Shown: piece after piece, positions 61,506-64,000 of the stretch | Position numbering within the stretch: the stretch's first letter is position 1 | Layout: every line of letters starts with the position of its first letter | Assembly (NCBI GenBank): GCA_003283415.1 | Contig: QBXH01000004.1 | Span: forward strand, 2,777 to 66,776 | DNA: 64,000 bases | Direction: 5' to 3' | DNA from: Prochlorococcus sp. AG-321-E21 | GTDB taxonomy: Bacteria > Cyanobacteriota > Cyanobacteriia > PCC-6307 > Cyanobiaceae | Notes under the pieces: generated by a model | Seen by the model: only the letters and a program-made list of their open reading frames with translations | Told to the model about the DNA's origin: nothing | Databases searched by the model: none | Made by a program: the position numbers and the translations under genes

Positions 61506-62777
61506 ATGAATATTCTTCAAAATCTTCAAGAAAGTGATCCAATCATATCCAACTTAATTAACTCCGAGAAAAATAGACAAGAAACGCATCTTGAATTAAT
61601 AGCTAGCGAGAATTTTGCATCAATGGCAGTAATGCAAGCTCAGGGTTCTGTTTTAACTAATAAATATGCTGAAGGTCTTCCTCAAAAAAGATATTACGGT
61701 GGTTGTGAATTTGTTGATGAGATAGAAGAATTAGCAATCGAAAGAGCTAAAAAACTTTTTGATGCAGACTGGGCAAATGTTCAACCCCACAGTGGGGCAC
61801 AAGCAAATGCAGCTGTATTTTTAAGTTTACTCAATCCTGGAGACACAATATTAGGAATGGATTTATCTCATGGTGGACATCTAACCCACGGATCCCCTGT
61901 GAATATGAGCGGAAAGTGGTTTAATGCCGTGCATTATGGAGTTGATAAAGAAACTAATAGATTGAATTTTAATGTTATTAGAGATATTGCTTTAGCTACG
62001 AAACCAAAACTAATTATTTGTGGATATTCCGCTTATCCCAGAATAATTGATTTTGAATCGTTCAGAAGAATTGCAGATGAAGTTGGAGCTTTTTTAATGG
62101 CTGATATTGCTCATATAGCAGGACTCGTTGCAAGTAAACTTCACCCTAACCCAATTCCATATTGTGATGTAGTAACCACGACAACGCATAAGACATTGAG
62201 AGGTCCAAGAGGAGGGCTGATTTTATGTAAAGATAAAGAATTTGGAAAGAAGTTTGATAAATCTGTGTTCCCTGGAACTCAGGGTGGTCCTTTAGAACAT
62301 ATTATCGCTGCTAAAGCTGTTGCCTTTGGAGAAGCTTTACAGCCCAACTTTAATAGTTACTCAAAACAAGTTATTAGAAATGCAAAAGTTCTATCTTCAG
62401 CTTTAATCAAAAGAGGAATAGATATTGTTAGTGGAGGTACTGATAATCATATCGTTTTACTTGACCTAAGAAGTATTAATATGACTGGTAAAGTTGCTGA
62501 CTTACTTGTAAGTGAGGTCAACATAACAGCAAATAAAAATACTGTCCCGTTTGATCCTGAATCTCCTTTTGTCACAAGTGGATTGAGATTAGGCACGGCA
62601 GCGTTAACTACTAGAGGTTTTAATGACGAAGCTTTTATTGAGGTTGGTGAAATTATTGCTGATAGATTACTCCATCCAAATGATTCATTAATAGAAAAAC
62701 AATGCAAGGAAAGAGTATTAAATTTATGTAATCGTTTTCCTTTATATGAAGTTAATCTTGAACCATCAATCAAATGA
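61506..62777 (+). CDS. glyA: Serine hydroxymethyltransferase
   Basis: [32 protein letters not shown]. Confidence 0.99.
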   Translation: MNILQNLQESDPIISNLINSEKNRQETHLELIASENFASMAVMQAQGSVLTNKYAEGLPQKRYYGGCEFVDEIEELAIERAKKLFDADWANVQPHSGAQANAAVFLSLLNPGDTILGMDLSHGGHLTHGSPVNMSGKWFNAVHYGVDKETNRLNFNVIRDIALATKPKLIICGYSAYPRIIDFESFRRIADEVGAFLMADIAHIAGLVASKLHPNPIPYCDVVTTTTHKTLRGPRGGLILCKDKEFGKKFDKSVFPGTQGGPLEHIIAAKAVAFGEALQPNFNSYSKQVIRNAKVLSSALIKRGIDIVSGGTDNHIVLLDLRSINMTGKVADLLVSEVNITANKNTVPFDPESPFVTSGLRLGTAALTTRGFNDEAFIEVGEIIADRLLHPNDSLIEKQCKERVLNLCNRFPLYEVNLEPSIK

Positions 62778-64000
62778 CCCCTTGTAATAAAGGGGTTGAA
62801 ATTCTTTCTATAGGAACTGAGTTACTTTTAGGTAATATAATAAATACTAACGCTCAATGGATTTCTGAGGAGTTATCAACTCTAGGACTTAACCATTTCA
62901 GGCAGTCAACGATTGGTGATAATACCGAAAGGATAATAAAGCTAATTAAAGAAATATCTTCAAGAAGTAATCTATTAATTACTTCAGGGGGTCTTGGACC
63001 TACTCCCGATGACCTGACTACTGAGGCAATAGCAAAATCTTTTAATGCCTCTCTTTATGAACGAGAAGATTTATGGGATCAAATAAAAAAAAAGCTTCAA
63101 ATTTCAGGTTCAAGATTCGATAGATCTAGTTTAAAAAAACAATGTTTTTTCCCAAAAGATGCTCAAATAATTAATAACCCTAGAGGCACTGCTCCTGGGA
63201 TGATATGGGAACCAATTAAGGGATTTACTATTCTGACTTTTCCAGGAGTTCCAAGTGAAATGAAAGAAATGTGGAAAGCCACTGCTGTTGATTATATTAA
63301 AAATAATTTTTCAGACGGTTATATATTTTTCTCAAATACTCTTAAATTTTCTGGAATAGGAGAGTCTACTATTTCTGAAAAGATTGATAACCTCTTAAAA
63401 CTAAAAAATCCTACTGTTGCACCATACGCAAATTTAGGAGAGGTTAAGCTCAGAATAACAGCAAGGGCTAAAAATGAATTAGAAGCAATAAATATAATAA
63501 AACCCATAAAAGAAAAATTAAAAAAAGAGTTTTCAAAATTTATTTTTGGTGAAAATGATGATAATTTATCAAGCGTGTTAATTAAGGAATTAATACAAAG
63601 AAAAGAATCTCTGGTTTTTGCAGAATCCTGTTCGGGAGGTCTTCTCTCTTCAACTATCACCGCAATACCAGGCTCATCAAAAGTATTTAAAGGTAGTATT
63701 ATTTCGTATAGCAATGACCTAAAACAATCATTATTAAATATCCCCGAAAATCTGATAAAAAAATTTGGTGCTGTTTCTGAAGAGGTGGCTGAAACTATGG
63801 CAATTAATGCAAAAGAAAAACTAGATTCTGATTGGTCAATAGCAATTAGTGGTATTGCCGGTCCAGGTGGAGGAAATAAAGAGAAACCTGTTGGATTGGT
63901 TTATATCTCAATTGCAGGCCCAAATGATCATATTACCAATATTAAAAAAATATTTAGCTCAACAAGAAATAGAATTGAAATTCAAAGACTAAGTGTAAAT
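62774..64000 (+). CDS. cinA: CinA competence/damage-inducible protein (runs off window; not in ORF track)
   Basis: Manual translation [40 protein letters not shown]; ATGA overlap with glyA. Confidence 0.95.
   Translation, partial: MTPCNKGVEILSIGTELLLGNIINTNAQWISEELSTLGLNHFRQSTIGDNTERIIKLIKEISSRSNLLITSGGLGPTPDDLTTEAIAKSFNASLYEREDLWDQIKKKLQISGSRFDRSSLKKQCFFPKDAQIINNPRGTAPGMIWEPIKGFTILTFPGVPSEMKEMWKATAVDYIKNNFSDGYIFFSNTLKFSGIGESTISEKIDNLLKLKNPTVAPYANLGEVKLRITARAKNELEAINIIKPIKEKLKKEFSKFIFGENDDNLSSVLIKELIQRKESLVFAESCSGGLLSSTITAIPGSSKVFKGSIISYSNDLKQSLLNIPENLIKKFGAVSEEVAETMAINAKEKLDSDWSIAISGIAGPGGGNKEKPVGLVYISIAGPNDHITNIKKIFSSTRNRIEIQRLSVN

Noticed and set aside
63319-63714. 131-aa minus-strand ORF and similar antisense ORFs over core genes (e.g. 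psbB, nrdR, ycf48, ndhK, purH, glyA)
   Set aside because: Shadows of well-supported opposite-strand genes (here cinA).

Overview
AT-rich chromosomal segment of a high-light-type Prochlorococcus, inferred from the orphan cpeB/cpeS pair, psbB/T/M, psbEFLJ, ndhCKJ, chlD, amt1 and photolyase. Almost all of it is ordinary core genome with four tRNAs. The exception is a 5,321-bp integrative element in the 3' end of tRNA-Phe(GAA), bounded by an identical 24-bp direct repeat (8840-8863 / 14161-14184). All its genes are on the minus strand: tyrosine integrase, res-like site, small serine resolvase, an unlisted 56-aa ORF, a hairpin-rich intergenic region, a protein with all three HUH rolling-circle initiator motifs, two ribbon-helix-helix-like proteins (one missing from the ORF track), a terminator, a long imperfect hairpin with an extended -10 box in each arm, a 71-aa ORF and a very acidic 122-aa ORF. 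Paired GTATGGAAC repeats mark both ends. The integration module is tycheposon-like, but the replication module resembles a rolling-circle plasmid, with a possible single-strand promoter/origin and DNA-mimic cargo. This is the candidate undescribed system. All calls are by eye; no database searches were run.
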